This document shows positions 20,951-31,539 of a DNA stretch of 64,000 nt, in pieces (position 1 is the stretch's first letter; each line of letters starts with the position of its first letter). A program made the translations under genes and the position numbers. Below the pieces are notes generated by a model. That model made no database searches. It was not told the origin of the DNA and saw nothing but the letters and a program-made list of their open reading frames with translations. Location: the NCBI GenBank assembly GCA_051599415.1, contig AP039689.1, positions 372,001 through 436,000 of the forward strand, given 5' to 3'. Source of the stretch: Savitreella phatthalungensis (taxonomy: Eukaryota).

Positions 20951-22129
20951 TTAGATGGCGCCTGCGACTGCGGTCGTAGTGCCTTCTCCGCCCTGCTGAT
21001 TCCAGGTCAGGTAGCGGTGATCGCCAAGCTTTCTCGGCTTGATCAAATGTCTGGCTGTGAAGAGGAGGCCGAGGAGAATACAAAGCGAGCCGGTGACGAT
21101 ATAGGCGATGCCGAGGAAAGGGTTCTTGCCGCCGATGACCGTGCGTGTAGAGATTATGAGTGACTTTGTGCCGCCGAATGAGTCGACTGGGAATGATGAG
21201 GTGATGTTGATCTGGTAAGTTCCAGCAGTCATGGCTGTCTGACCCTGACGTCGGTAGAGCTTGGAAAAGGTCGGCAAGCCCGCCGTACGCATCCAGTTCT
21301 GAAATTCGTAGTCATGCTGCAGGTCAGGGAGGTTGTCACTCGTGTAGCCATTTGGGTATCGCTTTGCCCAATTTGGCGGCGGAACGATCTGGTCAGCTGT
21401 GTATTTCGTGGGCTTATAGAGATTACGGTCAGATGACCAAGCGATGCCATCCATGGTCATTGTGTATGTCTGGTCGCCTGAAGGACCGCCGACCAGAACA
21501 GGACTCGAAATGGAATCGTTGAATTGAGAATTGGCGATCAAACCACATGGATAGATTGCCTTGCCATCAATCGAACCGAGCGGGTCGCAATTTGAGTTCG
21601 CCTCGGAAACTGAAATGGCATCACCGCGAAGCTGATTCTCACTAACGCTCTTGACATAGCGACGATGATTTTGGTAGAAGTTTGTTAGCTTGTAATACAG
21701 CAGGACAGGTGGCTGCAGGTCATCTGGAATCTGGAATTGAAGCTGGCAGATTGGGGAGTCTGCGTCCGATGAGTTGCTGTAGCGAATCCAGGTTGCAGCC
21801 TGCTGAATGCTGGATGAAGAACCGGAGCTATTTGACTTCTTGAAGGAAGTAGAGATTAGATTGCTGGGAATCGTACCGGGCGTATCTGTGGGTGCACGAG
21901 TTGCGCAATTCGAGTAGTCAATCTCGATCTTCTGAATCTCCTCTGATGCGTAAAGAAGACCTCCTCCCAGTGGGGCTAGAACGATGCCAATTGCGAAGAA
22001 GAGAGGCAAGACTGATTTTGGGGTGAGCAGGGGTAAGAACGCCTGCAGACGTTGCTGACGAAAGGCTGTATTTGCTGGCTTGCGCGACTTTGGTGTTTTA
22101 TCATCCTTTTCCTTCTTTGAGCGTGCCAT
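20951..22129 (-). CDS. CDC50: P4-ATPase flippase beta subunit (Cdc50/Lem3 family)
   Basis: NTAFRQQRLQA, YYKLTNFYQNHRRYVKS, YPCGLIANSQFND, WMRTAGLPTFSKL, GGKNPFLGIAY. Confidence 0.93.
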   Translation of the reverse strand: MARSKKEKDDKTPKSRKPANTAFRQQRLQAFLPLLTPKSVLPLFFAIGIVLAPLGGGLLYASEEIQKIEIDYSNCATRAPTDTPGTIPSNLISTSFKKSNSSGSSSSIQQAATWIRYSNSSDADSPICQLQFQIPDDLQPPVLLYYKLTNFYQNHRRYVKSVSENQLRGDAISVSEANSNCDPLGSIDGKAIYPCGLIANSQFNDSISSPVLVGGPSGDQTYTMTMDGIAWSSDRNLYKPTKYTADQIVPPPNWAKRYPNGYTSDNLPDLQHDYEFQNWMRTAGLPTFSKLYRRQGQTAMTAGTYQINITSSFPVDSFGGTKSLIISTRTVIGGKNPFLGIAYIVTGSLCILLGLLFTARHLIKPRKLGDHRYLTWNQQGGEGTTTAVAGAI

Positions 22130-23248
22130 TGTTTCCCTCTAGCTCGACCGCGAGCACAACAACAGGGGCGCTGGTTTAAGAATGACGCGTCAAGCCTGTT
22201 GATGAAGGACGCGCGATGCTACCGCTGATTGTGACAGGTGGTGTTGAGGGTACTCAGTGTTGTATGTGGTGCCGGCACTGTATGATCCAGCTGGAGATGA
22301 GGTGTGCCATCAATTCCATATGCAAGCAAAGGCAGATGCAATGCAGCACATGTAGACACACGCTGAGATGATCTGTCCCGTGCTGGAAAGAAGATGCATG
22401 GATCGATCTCAATATAATCAATTGCTGAGAATATGCAGATTCATATTGTAAGTTCTACAGAATCTCTGCCAAGAAATATATAAAATTTACATTGTCAATC
22501 GATTCATTGAGCTTGTATTCTATTGTCCGCTTGTAAGGAATACCAGGAGTGTCGAGAGAGATGATTATATTCGCGTACTGTTCTTTACATTGCTCTTGTC
22601 AATTTGCTCTTTCGCAAATCTGAGAAAGAGCAAAAGACGAATTGGCTTGCTTTGGCATCACTCGATCGAATATGCAACCTTAACGCGGCCGGATGTATCG
22701 CTGTTACCAAACAAATTGATTGTTGAATCAAAGCTGTGTTAATGAATTCTCCGTGGACTGATTGCTGAATTGTGCCAGGAATATCTCTGAAGCCCCATTG
22801 TATCTCTCAGATAATTTAATCTAAATTATAAATTAGATCTGGAGGATTGAATATTGAAATTTCTAACATTTCATCATTTTCAAATCCATCGATGATGAAT
22901 GCACTGTCTGAATTCGCTCAACATGCATAACTATGCACAGATCGATCAAAATCCATATAGCTAGACTATCTAGCTTTGCACGGATATATGTGCGGTTTGC
23001 GAGACCAAGGTGATCGACTGATTCAGATCTCAAACTATCCGTACTACATCATCGGCATCTTCAACCTTGGGTAAGTCAGACTATCTTACCCCACGCCAGT
23101 AGCACATCCACCCAGACTACCACGGATCGAGTTCTCGTTTGCATCGACCTGCCTGGTTCGCGCATATAAGAACTAGCATTTAGCTTACCCATAGGCTCAT
23201 TCCTGTCTTTGGCGCAGATCCGTTCCCCGGTTTGTGCGCTCAGCCATC

Positions 23249-23935
23249 ATGTCACAGCAGAAACCACACCAGACTCGTGAAGGACTTCCTGATGGATGGC
23301 TTGCGCAGTGGGACCCAAATTACAAGACCTATTTCTACGTCAACGAAAAGAGCTCTGACCGGACTCCCACCTGGACACATCCAACAAACAGCTCTGCGCC
23401 CCCGCCGCCCTATGACGCGTCCGCGGATCACTACAGCGCACCGGGCGGTCCACCTCCCGGTCAGCAACAACAACAAGGAGCGCCACAGCAGCAACGCACA
23501 TATGGTTCTGGACCAGGCGTCTCCGGAGGCAATTATCCTCCTCAGCAGGGTGGTTATTATTCCCAGCAACCGCAGCAAGGTGGGTATTATCCCCAGCAAG
23601 GCTACCCTCCTCAGCAAGGCTACCCTCCTCAACAAGGCTATCCACCCCAGCAGGGATACTACCAGCAACAGCAGCAGCCTCCGCGCAAGAACAATCGATT
23701 CGGAGGTGCAGGCGGCATGATGGCCATGGGTGCCGGTGGACTTCTGGCCGGAGGATTGCTTGGTGGCGCCATCGCCAACCATGAGAACTACGAGCAACAA
23801 CAGGCCTACGACCAGGGATACATGAACGGTGCAGACGGTGGTGGCGGTGACTATGGAGGAGATGGTGGTGGCGATTTCGGAGGAGACGGTGGCGGCGACT
23901 TTGGAGGCGGTGACTTCGGCGGAGGTGACTTCTGA
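23249..23935 (+). CDS. WW-domain protein, Wwm1-like, with Q/G/Y/P-rich low-complexity region
   Basis: LPDGWLAQWDPNYKTYFYVN...TWTHP WW domain, PPPPY motif, QQGYPP repeats, GAGGLLAGGLLG, (GGDF)n tail. Confidence 0.85.
   Translation: MSQQKPHQTREGLPDGWLAQWDPNYKTYFYVNEKSSDRTPTWTHPTNSSAPPPPYDASADHYSAPGGPPPGQQQQQGAPQQQRTYGSGPGVSGGNYPPQQGGYYSQQPQQGGYYPQQGYPPQQGYPPQQGYPPQQGYYQQQQQPPRKNNRFGGAGGMMAMGAGGLLAGGLLGGAIANHENYEQQQAYDQGYMNGADGGGGDYGGDGGGDFGGDGGGDFGGGDFGGGDF
23585..23665 (+). repeat. Coding 18-bp tandem repeat (CAGCAAGGCTACCCTCCT-like; QQGYPP)
   Basis: Directly visible imperfect tandem units within the WW-protein gene. Confidence 0.8.
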
Positions 23936-24341
23936 TAAGTCTTCGACTAGTCCGACCGTGTCTGTAGTGCTTCTATCAATGTCCATTAGTCATATCTAGA
24001 TGATTTGATTCGACAAAGCTGTGACACGCTTCTAAGTGAAGAACATATCACGCGGCGTACAGATGTGCCAAGACTTTGCCTGGTTGTCACTCCAGGGAGA
24101 TAACAGACTGGCTCGTGATTCTGTGGAGAACTTTAGAGTTGCTAAAATTAGCGAACTTTTTGAGGCTGACGCGCCAATTTCACGCATGCCAGCACCGCGC
24201 CCACTCAACTCTGCCTGGATATAAGCTTCAGAGATTGACATCATATTGGTCTTTGACCCATATCCATCATTAGAGATCAAGCCAACAAGACACCGGACGC
24301 CTTTGGCACACGTCTCCGATAGGTTTTAACTATCAATTGTC

Positions 24342-25583
24342 ATGGCTTCGAGGCCGCCGTCCTATGAGTCTGCCACGGGCATAGTCAACCCAGGATCATC
24401 ACCAAGGCGACAAGACTCTGCGGGTGGCATGGCGACAACGCTTCTCGAGATTCCCAATGTGAAGATCAGTCAAATCTATGAGGGTGAGACGACAGAGCTC
24501 GGTTCAGCAACTCTTGAGCTTTCAATGATCGCCGCAGATCCGGAGCCGTTTCTCATTGTCAAATGTGGCGAGTGCGAAGTGGTGCTTGAACCGGAGGCGC
24601 GCATCTACCACCGTGGCGAGGGACTCATCATTCCGTGGCTTGAGGTGCCTGGAGCTTTGTTACTCGTGGATCTCGCATCAGCGTCGCGCGAGCACCGCGA
24701 AACGCTCGACACGTACCTCGTTAGCTATACATCCATGCCCGCCCCGGAGAAGGAGCTCCGCAACCAGCTCGCCCTCGTGGATGACCAGGGCGCCGTGGTC
24801 GGAGAGCTCGATGTCCAGCCACCACCGCAGTCGATCGCGGAAAGTGGCAGCAGTACCGGAGGCGGCAAGGATCCCGTCTATGTCGACATCAAGCCAGATG
24901 GCAAGGTCGTGGTCGAGGCATTCAAGGACTCGAAGATCGTGTCGTCCGCGGACTATGTGTCAAGCGGAATTGTCTATGCTGGCGACTTTCTCGGTAAATC
25001 CATGCTAAAGGGTTCTGCATGGCTACAGGAGCATACGAAGGCCGCAGAGACGGACGTGCAATTCTCTGCCAATACACACGCGAACGTGCGTCGCATTCAC
25101 AGCTATACAGGTCATGCCACCAAAGTATCTGCCAAGACTCTGGGCTACGTAGCGAGCCTAGCAGAGCGAGCCGGTGGGCGCGTTCTTGGAGGCAGCAAGA
25201 AAGCATCATCCGCAGACGCGCCCTCGACAGCCACGGACGCAGAGAAGCAGAAGAAGAAGCCCGGAGTCATCGCTCAATCAGCCTATGCGATCCACAACGT
25301 CTGGGAAGCTCTGGACAGCACAGGTAAAGCACTCTTGCGAGACGCATCGACTGCCAGTTCTTCTGCAATTCGCCACAAGTACGGCAGCGAAGCTGGCAAT
25401 ATCGCGACTGAGCTTACCGGCAGCGTGCGTAACGTCGCGCTAGTTTACTTTGACGCTCGTGGCGTCGGCCGAACGGCGTTGCTCCGCGGCACGATCAAAG
25501 GTGGCATCAAGGCTCGCTTGTCAGACGGCAGCACCGTCGTCCTCAAGGGAGAAGATCAGAAGTCGAAAAGCGAGAAGAGCTAA
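24342..25583 (+). CDS. Senescence-domain / spartin-like protein
   Basis: C-terminal senescence domain pattern: ADYVSSGIV..., H.YTG...KVSAKT, IRHKYGSEAG, RNVALVYFDARGVGRTALL; N-terminal PPSY. Confidence 0.75.
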   Translation: MASRPPSYESATGIVNPGSSPRRQDSAGGMATTLLEIPNVKISQIYEGETTELGSATLELSMIAADPEPFLIVKCGECEVVLEPEARIYHRGEGLIIPWLEVPGALLLVDLASASREHRETLDTYLVSYTSMPAPEKELRNQLALVDDQGAVVGELDVQPPPQSIAESGSSTGGGKDPVYVDIKPDGKVVVEAFKDSKIVSSADYVSSGIVYAGDFLGKSMLKGSAWLQEHTKAAETDVQFSANTHANVRRIHSYTGHATKVSAKTLGYVASLAERAGGRVLGGSKKASSADAPSTATDAEKQKKKPGVIAQSAYAIHNVWEALDSTGKALLRDASTASSSAIRHKYGSEAGNIATELTGSVRNVALVYFDARGVGRTALLRGTIKGGIKARLSDGSTVVLKGEDQKSKSEKS

Positions 25584-25651
25584 AGCCGAGCGTCAGATGG
25601 CCATCGGATAGTAGAAGAACGTAGTCATGCATGAATCGTCTCCTTCACCTA

Positions 25652-26308
25652 TCAGTGCGTCTTGATTCGTACAATCTTTTGCCTGCGTCCGTAGATGGTG
25701 CGGTGAATGATGGTGATGAGGATTGGCTGAACGACCCTGAGCGCAAACGCCGCCGACACCACCACTAGCAGCACCGTCCACACAATTGACCTCGGCAACC
25801 CACCAAATAGCAACGGATCCAAGACCAATTCGAAATCGACGCGAACATCCTCCACCAGATCCTTGCACGGTACGAGTTCCGGAAACGCGTCTAGTCGCAG
25901 TATTACTCGACTGGTTGGATGATCCACTTTGTATTCCTTGACAGGCGCCGTGACAGTCGTCAGGGTAAATATCGTCGGCATACTGGCTGGCCAACATACT
26001 CTGACTTCGTACTTCCGTCCACTTGACAACTCATCCAAGAGATACCAGCGCGTATGCGACGCCCCATCGATTGGCAGCGGAAACACAATCGCGTCACGGA
26101 ATGTAGCGAACCCTGATCCGTGTGAAGCGCCAGATATCCGGGTCAGATTGGAGATATTGTATCCGTTGCGGCCCTTGTGATTGTCCTCGCCTGCGGCTGT
26201 GAATGAGGCGGGAGGTGCTGTAAAGATAGTCTTCTCGGTGTTAGCGCTACAGATCCCGAAGAGCCAAGTGACTGCCAGCCAGCAGAAGCTGAGGAAAATA
26301 TGCTTCAT
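25652..26308 (-). CDS. PGA1: Pga1-like GPI mannosyltransferase II co-activator (signal peptide + C-terminal TM)
   Basis: Signal peptide ending ..SANTEKTIF, YEVRVCWPASMPT, VLDPLLFGGLPRS followed by a TM helix; resembles the fungal Pga1 family from recall. Confidence 0.6.
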   Translation of the reverse strand: MKHIFLSFCWLAVTWLFGICSANTEKTIFTAPPASFTAAGEDNHKGRNGYNISNLTRISGASHGSGFATFRDAIVFPLPIDGASHTRWYLLDELSSGRKYEVRVCWPASMPTIFTLTTVTAPVKEYKVDHPTSRVILRLDAFPELVPCKDLVEDVRVDFELVLDPLLFGGLPRSIVWTVLLVVVSAAFALRVVQPILITIIHRTIYGRRQKIVRIKTH

Positions 26309-26610
26309 GCTCGAACCGTCATTCTTCCATAGCAGTCAGCGAGAGCTCTCTGACAGCAATGTAAGTTGTCAAGCTCGGCGTCCGTGCCATTTTACACGTT
26401 CCAACCTCAGCTCACATGATGTCAAACTCAGAGACAAGATGTTCAGCCAAGCCAACCATGCATCTAAAAGCATGAACATTTTACTGAGGAATCCAATGCA
26501 CAATAAAGTGACTCTAGATAAAAGGAAAAAACACTACAGCAGACGCGTTCCAAGTGAAGTGACGTGAAAAAACAGCGGCAGAAGGGAAGCAGTCGCGGAG
26601 ACTGAGATGC

Positions 26611-27408
26611 ATGCCTGATAATCTTATCAGGCGGATCTACCTCCAGCTGCACTACCTCGCTGACAGAGCTGCTGCTGAAAGGCTTCGCTCGCAGGTGCGA
26701 TGGCGATTAGATCGGTACAAGTCTACTGGAAGGCTTGAAAGTGAGAAAGCTGTCAAGGTGGCAAAGAGCTTTCTGACATCTCTTGAAAAGGCTAATGTGG
26801 GTGACGACAAAAGTATCAGAAAGCTTGCAGAGCTAGCTTATGGCTTCCGAGGTAGAGGTCGACGAACATCTCTTGCACACTTGACTCCAACGAAAGACGT
26901 CGAAGAGACAATACCCGGCCGATCGAGCTCACGACGACCTGTCGTCTCGCCGGTGCTCGAAGCACTTTGGCAATCTGCGGACAATGTCAAGCGGATCAAG
27001 TTCGAGCCGCCGACGCCGACCACCGGTTCAGGCGAACATGCTAAGCCGCTGGATCGACGGCGGCTTGTGAACGCGCATTGGCGTCATGTGGCTGACCTGA
27101 TGCGACGAACGCCTGCACTGATCGATGAGCGAGCGGTGCTTGCCATGGCTGCTGTGGTGGACGGGCGAATTGCCTTCCGGAGTTTTCCAGCGTGGCGCAA
27201 GACAGCACTCCAACGGAAGCAGGAGCAGACTCAACGTCACACAACCAATCCCCATCGTTTGACAAAGCGGTTCTTGTCTCGTATCTACATTCGGCTACTG
27301 GACGAGGTGCGCATGCAGGTCACACAGGATGGCAAATCACAGATCCTCGCTGGCAAAGATGCTGTTCGATATGCCCTAGCTCGTGCACAGTCAAGTCCAC
27401 GAAGGTGA
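26611..27408 (+). CDS. Basic hypothetical protein, possibly LYR-motif mitochondrial (Cup1-like)
   Basis: 265 aa, Arg/Lys-rich; LAYG..G..R, RR.VN..WR and PH.LT.RF..RIY motifs resemble a fungal LYR-like family. Confidence 0.5.
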   Translation: MPDNLIRRIYLQLHYLADRAAAERLRSQVRWRLDRYKSTGRLESEKAVKVAKSFLTSLEKANVGDDKSIRKLAELAYGFRGRGRRTSLAHLTPTKDVEETIPGRSSSRRPVVSPVLEALWQSADNVKRIKFEPPTPTTGSGEHAKPLDRRRLVNAHWRHVADLMRRTPALIDERAVLAMAAVVDGRIAFRSFPAWRKTALQRKQEQTQRHTTNPHRLTKRFLSRIYIRLLDEVRMQVTQDGKSQILAGKDAVRYALARAQSSPRR

Positions 27409-27582
27409 ATCTGCTGAAAACCAGTTGATCTCTGTCACTGGAATCCTGCATCTTTTACATTTCATTAGGGTAATATCTATCTCCGTAATCCTAGCTAGAA
27501 TTATGCTCTTAAATCACTGGACTTTGCTCTGTTGTCGCTTATCCTCGCTCTGTGTCTCTGGTTAGCACTTGCCCCTACGACA

Positions 27583-28122
27583 ATGTCGCTGGCATTGATC
27601 ACACAGACGCTCACGACGACGCATGTTCCCATTGATGCCGATTTGATCATCGCCTGGCGTGACTGTACGGCGAAGCGGCGGACGGAATCGGGTCAGGCGG
27701 CTGGAGCAGTCGCGCCGTTGGGACCTGCTACAACACCAATCATCGATGCTACCCCATTGAAACTGGATCAGGTGATTGCTAAGGTGTTGGCCGCCAGTGG
27801 TAGAACGGCACTGGTCGGCCTGGATGTCCTACTGGCACAGCGTCGTCATTCGGCTGCACGACTCTTAGCGCTTTGCCGTGGTCTCGCAAGTCAAAGAAAA
27901 CACATTGTCGTCGTGCTGAATGCAGACACGGCGGTTCGACAGGATCCCGAGCATGAGTATTTTCTACAACAGATCCTTCACTCGGCCACGGAGCCTGTAA
28001 TATCAATCAGGGCAATTCCGAGTGGTCGTGACAAGGACTTTGCCGGCATGGCAAGGGTCAGCCGTCCTTCTAGCTGCAAGGATATCGACGACGAAGGAGA
28101 GAGACTAGTGGGCTATGTCTGA
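27583..28122 (+). CDS. Elongator subunit Elp6-like (RecA-like fold, divergent)
   Basis: GLDVLLA, EHEYFLQQILH, ISIRAIPSGRDKDFAGMARVSR resemble the Elp6 'R.L.TG.A.DV.G.L.V' region; ATG at 27583. Confidence 0.55.
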   Translation: MSLALITQTLTTTHVPIDADLIIAWRDCTAKRRTESGQAAGAVAPLGPATTPIIDATPLKLDQVIAKVLAASGRTALVGLDVLLAQRRHSAARLLALCRGLASQRKHIVVVLNADTAVRQDPEHEYFLQQILHSATEPVISIRAIPSGRDKDFAGMARVSRPSSCKDIDDEGERLVGYV

Positions 28123-28349
28123 AGGGGGTAATGTCCACTGCTCTTGCCACGCTTTCCAGGGTGACCTTTTGAATTCTGTACAATCTTCCGCGGCATTAGC
28201 ATTTATAATGATAATCATGACTCGAAGACGTAATCTGCGCATGTGAGAAATGTCCTTGTGATCGTTCTGCATACGGCCTTATCTTGAGACCTCATCGTTC
28301 AAGACCTAGAACACAGTGCTCGACGTCAAAGTACTAGGCGAGCAGGCAC

Positions 28350-29222
28350 ATGGACAATCTGTCTGGCGTGCGGCATATCGTTCTAGTCCTTTCTGGTAAA
28401 GGTGGAGTTGGCAAATCGAGCGTAACCACACAGCTTGCACTCTCACTCGCTCGACGTCCCATCGATGGCGGGAGCCGGAAGCCGCGAATCGGGGTGCTCG
28501 ATATCGATCTCACTGGGCCATCACTACCTCGGATGTTTGGTCTCGAGGGATGCGCCATACACCAGGCACAAGGCGGCTGGGTGCCCGTAACGATTGACCG
28601 AAATGACGTCTTGATCCGATGCATGTCCATCGGATTCCTCTTGAAGGACCGCGGTGATGCAGTTGTGTGGAGAGGCCCAAAGAAGACAGCCATGGTGAGA
28701 CAATTCCTGACAGACGTTGTCTGGGGCGATCTCGACTACCTTCTTGTCGACACGCCTCCCGGCACATCAGATGAGCATCTCAGTATTGTCGAGAAGCTTC
28801 GTGATATTGGAATTGACGGCGCAGTTTTGGTGACCACCCCTCAAGAGGTATCTTTGGGGGACGTAAGACGGGAGTTGTCCTTTTGCGAAAAGGTTGGCGT
28901 CAAGGCACTCGGATTGATCGAGAATATGTCCGGTTACAGTTGTCCATGCTGCGGAGAAGTCACACATGTGTTTGCGCGTGGCGGCGGGGAGAGGCTTGCC
29001 GAGGAGCGCGGCGTACCATTCCTTGGGAGTGTTCCGATCGATTCAGCCTTTGTCGAGCGCGTCGAGACGCAGCCACAGGGCCCAACTCCAACAGAGCAGA
29101 CCCTAATCGAGTGGTATCCCACATCACATCTTGCGGAGACATTCGCCAAGGTCGCTCGTCGGGTTGCAGAGACTATTGAGAGAAATATACAGCAACCCGC
29201 GTCGACCGCTAATGCAGCATAA
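28350..29222 (+). CDS. CFD1: Cytosolic Fe-S cluster assembly factor Cfd1 (Mrp/NBP35 family)
   Basis: [50 protein letters not shown]; lacks the N-terminal 4-Cys motif of Nbp35. Confidence 0.93.
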   Translation: MDNLSGVRHIVLVLSGKGGVGKSSVTTQLALSLARRPIDGGSRKPRIGVLDIDLTGPSLPRMFGLEGCAIHQAQGGWVPVTIDRNDVLIRCMSIGFLLKDRGDAVVWRGPKKTAMVRQFLTDVVWGDLDYLLVDTPPGTSDEHLSIVEKLRDIGIDGAVLVTTPQEVSLGDVRRELSFCEKVGVKALGLIENMSGYSCPCCGEVTHVFARGGGERLAEERGVPFLGSVPIDSAFVERVETQPQGPTPTEQTLIEWYPTSHLAETFAKVARRVAETIERNIQQPASTANAA

Positions 29223-29346
29223 GACACGAATGATACCACTCTACGTAACGACTTCCAGCATGCCCGTCTTGAGGGAGGATCATAACGAAATAGATCTTCC
29301 TCGTTCTCATCATCATTGTCATCATCATACTTCTACACAGTTTTGT

Positions 29347-30897
29347 CTAATCGAAGAATCGCTTCAGAATCCCGATGTCACCGATGCCACGCAGGATATC
29401 GATCTCGGCGACACCTAGGATGACGCGCATTTCGATCGCGCTAGCAGAGATCAGGCCGATCGGGCGAGACCGGCCGGCTGTCGCGTGACCGGTCTTAGAA
29501 CGACCGGGCAGAGTGAGAACACCCTTGTCGACCATGGCGGAGACGACGGTGGCAAACTCTGCGCGAGGTAAAGCGGTGAGCATTTTGTCGCGCTTGCATA
29601 GCTCAGAGTATGCCTGGAATAGATCAGCTACACAGACGCCACCGGCACGTCCTTTGGCGTTGCCGGTACCGCCGGTCAGCCGGGATGCTGCCATCGAGGC
29701 TTCCGCCAACTGCGACTTACGGACGAGCATGGTGCACAGAGCAGCCTTCTCATGCAAGCTCAGGTGTTCGATGAGCTGTGCAGTCGATGTGACGGGGGCG
29801 ACGGCCACCACCTTGTCGTTAAGTGATGTTTTCTTTGCGGCTGACGGTGGGGTAGCGAGCAAGGCAGATGCGTTGCTCGCGTGAGCCGCTCCACCCATCG
29901 CTGCTGCCGTTACACGAGACACGTGCTTAATCGTGACAGGACTGATCTTGCGTGAAGGAGAAGCGGCGTTCATGCTGCTATTGCTGACTGGGGACAGCGG
30001 TTGCAGAGCTGCCTCAGAACGGTACTCCTGCTCGGCAAGCTCGACCGCAGAGCGCAGAATGTCGAGCGCCTTCCGGATGTCACCTGTCGCGTTGGCCATC
30101 TTCCGACCGAGGAACACCAGAGCGGACCTGTCAACCACGACGGGCATACCGGACTTTTGAGAAGCAGTCGCTATACGCGCCTCCAAGATTTGTGTAACCG
30201 CTGATGCAGAGTAAGGCTTGAAACGCAAGATCTCTGGCTCGCAGCCAGAAGCACGCAGCATTGGCAACAAGGTGTCTGTCAAGTTGAGCGCATTCGCGAT
30301 GCCAATCACTTTGACCTTGTCAAGTCTGTGGAGCTCGAAGAGGGAATACAGGACTGGAGAGTCGGCGGACAGAAGAAAGTCAATCTCGTCCAGAACGAGA
30401 ACAATCTCCTTCTCATGCGCCAGCGTTTGCAAGCAGGTTTGCAGATCTGAAAGTGTGCTGCCCGGAGTGTCGAGATGCTCGAGCAAAGCCTCGTAGACAT
30501 GCTGCGGGCGCTTCAGAGACACGCAGTTGAGCTGAACGATGCGTCTTTTGGGATGAGTCTGTGCAGTCTTGTCGAGGAATTGTGATGCGGTTGCTGATTT
30601 GCCAGTACCCGGCGGTCCGCAGATATATAGCAGATCGCTTTGCGGATCGCCGAGAAAAGATTGAAGTGCAGAACACTCCTCGTCGCGTCCGATGACTGCA
30701 GCATCGGCACTCCGTCTCAGAGCAGACTTTGCCGGCGAGTAAGGGCTTAGTCGGGCTCGTGAAGGCGTACCTGCGACAATTTGCTTTGTTGGTGTCTTTG
30801 TTGGCGTAGGCAGAAGTTGGACCACACGTCTCTTCGACGGTGTCTGCGGCTCTGGCACCTCCCTTACTCGTTTTCCGAGGGCAGATGCTACAGGCAT
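29347..30897 (-). CDS. CDC6: Replication licensing AAA+ ATPase Cdc6/Cdc18
   Basis: N-terminal TP/SP CDK sites, YICGPPGTGKS (Walker A), VLDEIDFL (Walker B), GIANALNLTD, GDIRKALD; ATG at 30897. Confidence 0.92.
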   Translation of the reverse strand: MPVASALGKRVREVPEPQTPSKRRVVQLLPTPTKTPTKQIVAGTPSRARLSPYSPAKSALRRSADAAVIGRDEECSALQSFLGDPQSDLLYICGPPGTGKSATASQFLDKTAQTHPKRRIVQLNCVSLKRPQHVYEALLEHLDTPGSTLSDLQTCLQTLAHEKEIVLVLDEIDFLLSADSPVLYSLFELHRLDKVKVIGIANALNLTDTLLPMLRASGCEPEILRFKPYSASAVTQILEARIATASQKSGMPVVVDRSALVFLGRKMANATGDIRKALDILRSAVELAEQEYRSEAALQPLSPVSNSSMNAASPSRKISPVTIKHVSRVTAAAMGGAAHASNASALLATPPSAAKKTSLNDKVVAVAPVTSTAQLIEHLSLHEKAALCTMLVRKSQLAEASMAASRLTGGTGNAKGRAGGVCVADLFQAYSELCKRDKMLTALPRAEFATVVSAMVDKGVLTLPGRSKTGHATAGRSRPIGLISASAIEMRVILGVAEIDILRGIGDIGILKRFFD

Positions 30898-31078
30898 GGT
30901 AGCGTTCCTCTTGAAGAAAAAGGTAAGGATACTGGGTGAAAGTTTGTGATGAATGAGTGACTGATAGTGATGCAAAAGCACGAACAGGAGATTTTAGTCT
31001 TAGACCAGGAGTAATTTGAAGATGAAGAAAATGTTGTCGTGCTGGGGATGGTGTCAAGTACTCATCTTCCTAGTGGTT

Positions 31079-31189
31079 ACGCGTGTAGACTGTGTTTGTA
31101 CAATGTTGTAGGCATGACGGTGGCTGGTGGGATAATTCAAGCGCGGCTGAACGCGTCTTTTGCTAAATTGCATTTACAGCTTGACGCGT
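31079..31189. promoter_or_regulatory. Three MCB (MluI cell-cycle box) elements upstream of CDC6/cdc18
   Basis: ACGCGT at 31079-31084, 31151-31156 and 31184-31189, 180-290 bp upstream of the ATG. cdc18/CDC6 is an established MBF target. Confidence 0.8.
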
Positions 31190-31539
31190 TTACTATGATC
31201 AATCGCAGAGTTCAATCTGAACTGCCTGCAATGTCCATCTTTAATTAGGCTCAATAAGTGCATGGTCAATTCAAATTGATTTCGCGTACGTAAATTCCAA
31301 TGATCTTGCTGAATCTAAATTTAGCTCTACAAAAGATGCGCAAAGAGTTGCAGCAAGCTTCATCGGCGGTTCAGTGAGTACACGTGAGAGGATCCACAAC
31401 ATAAAGATCCAAGAGATGTCACCCGGAGCACAATGGCCTTCGACAATGGAGTTGCTTCTCGGCCTGGCCTAGTCACAAGAGGGCGGAAACGATGCGTCAC
31501 GACATCATCCTGATTGTCTGAAAGTCTACGTCCTTCAGT

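Noticed and set aside
23252..23986. 244-aa antisense ORF over the WW-domain gene
   Set aside because: Shadow of the low-complexity repetitive sense gene; no independent protein features.
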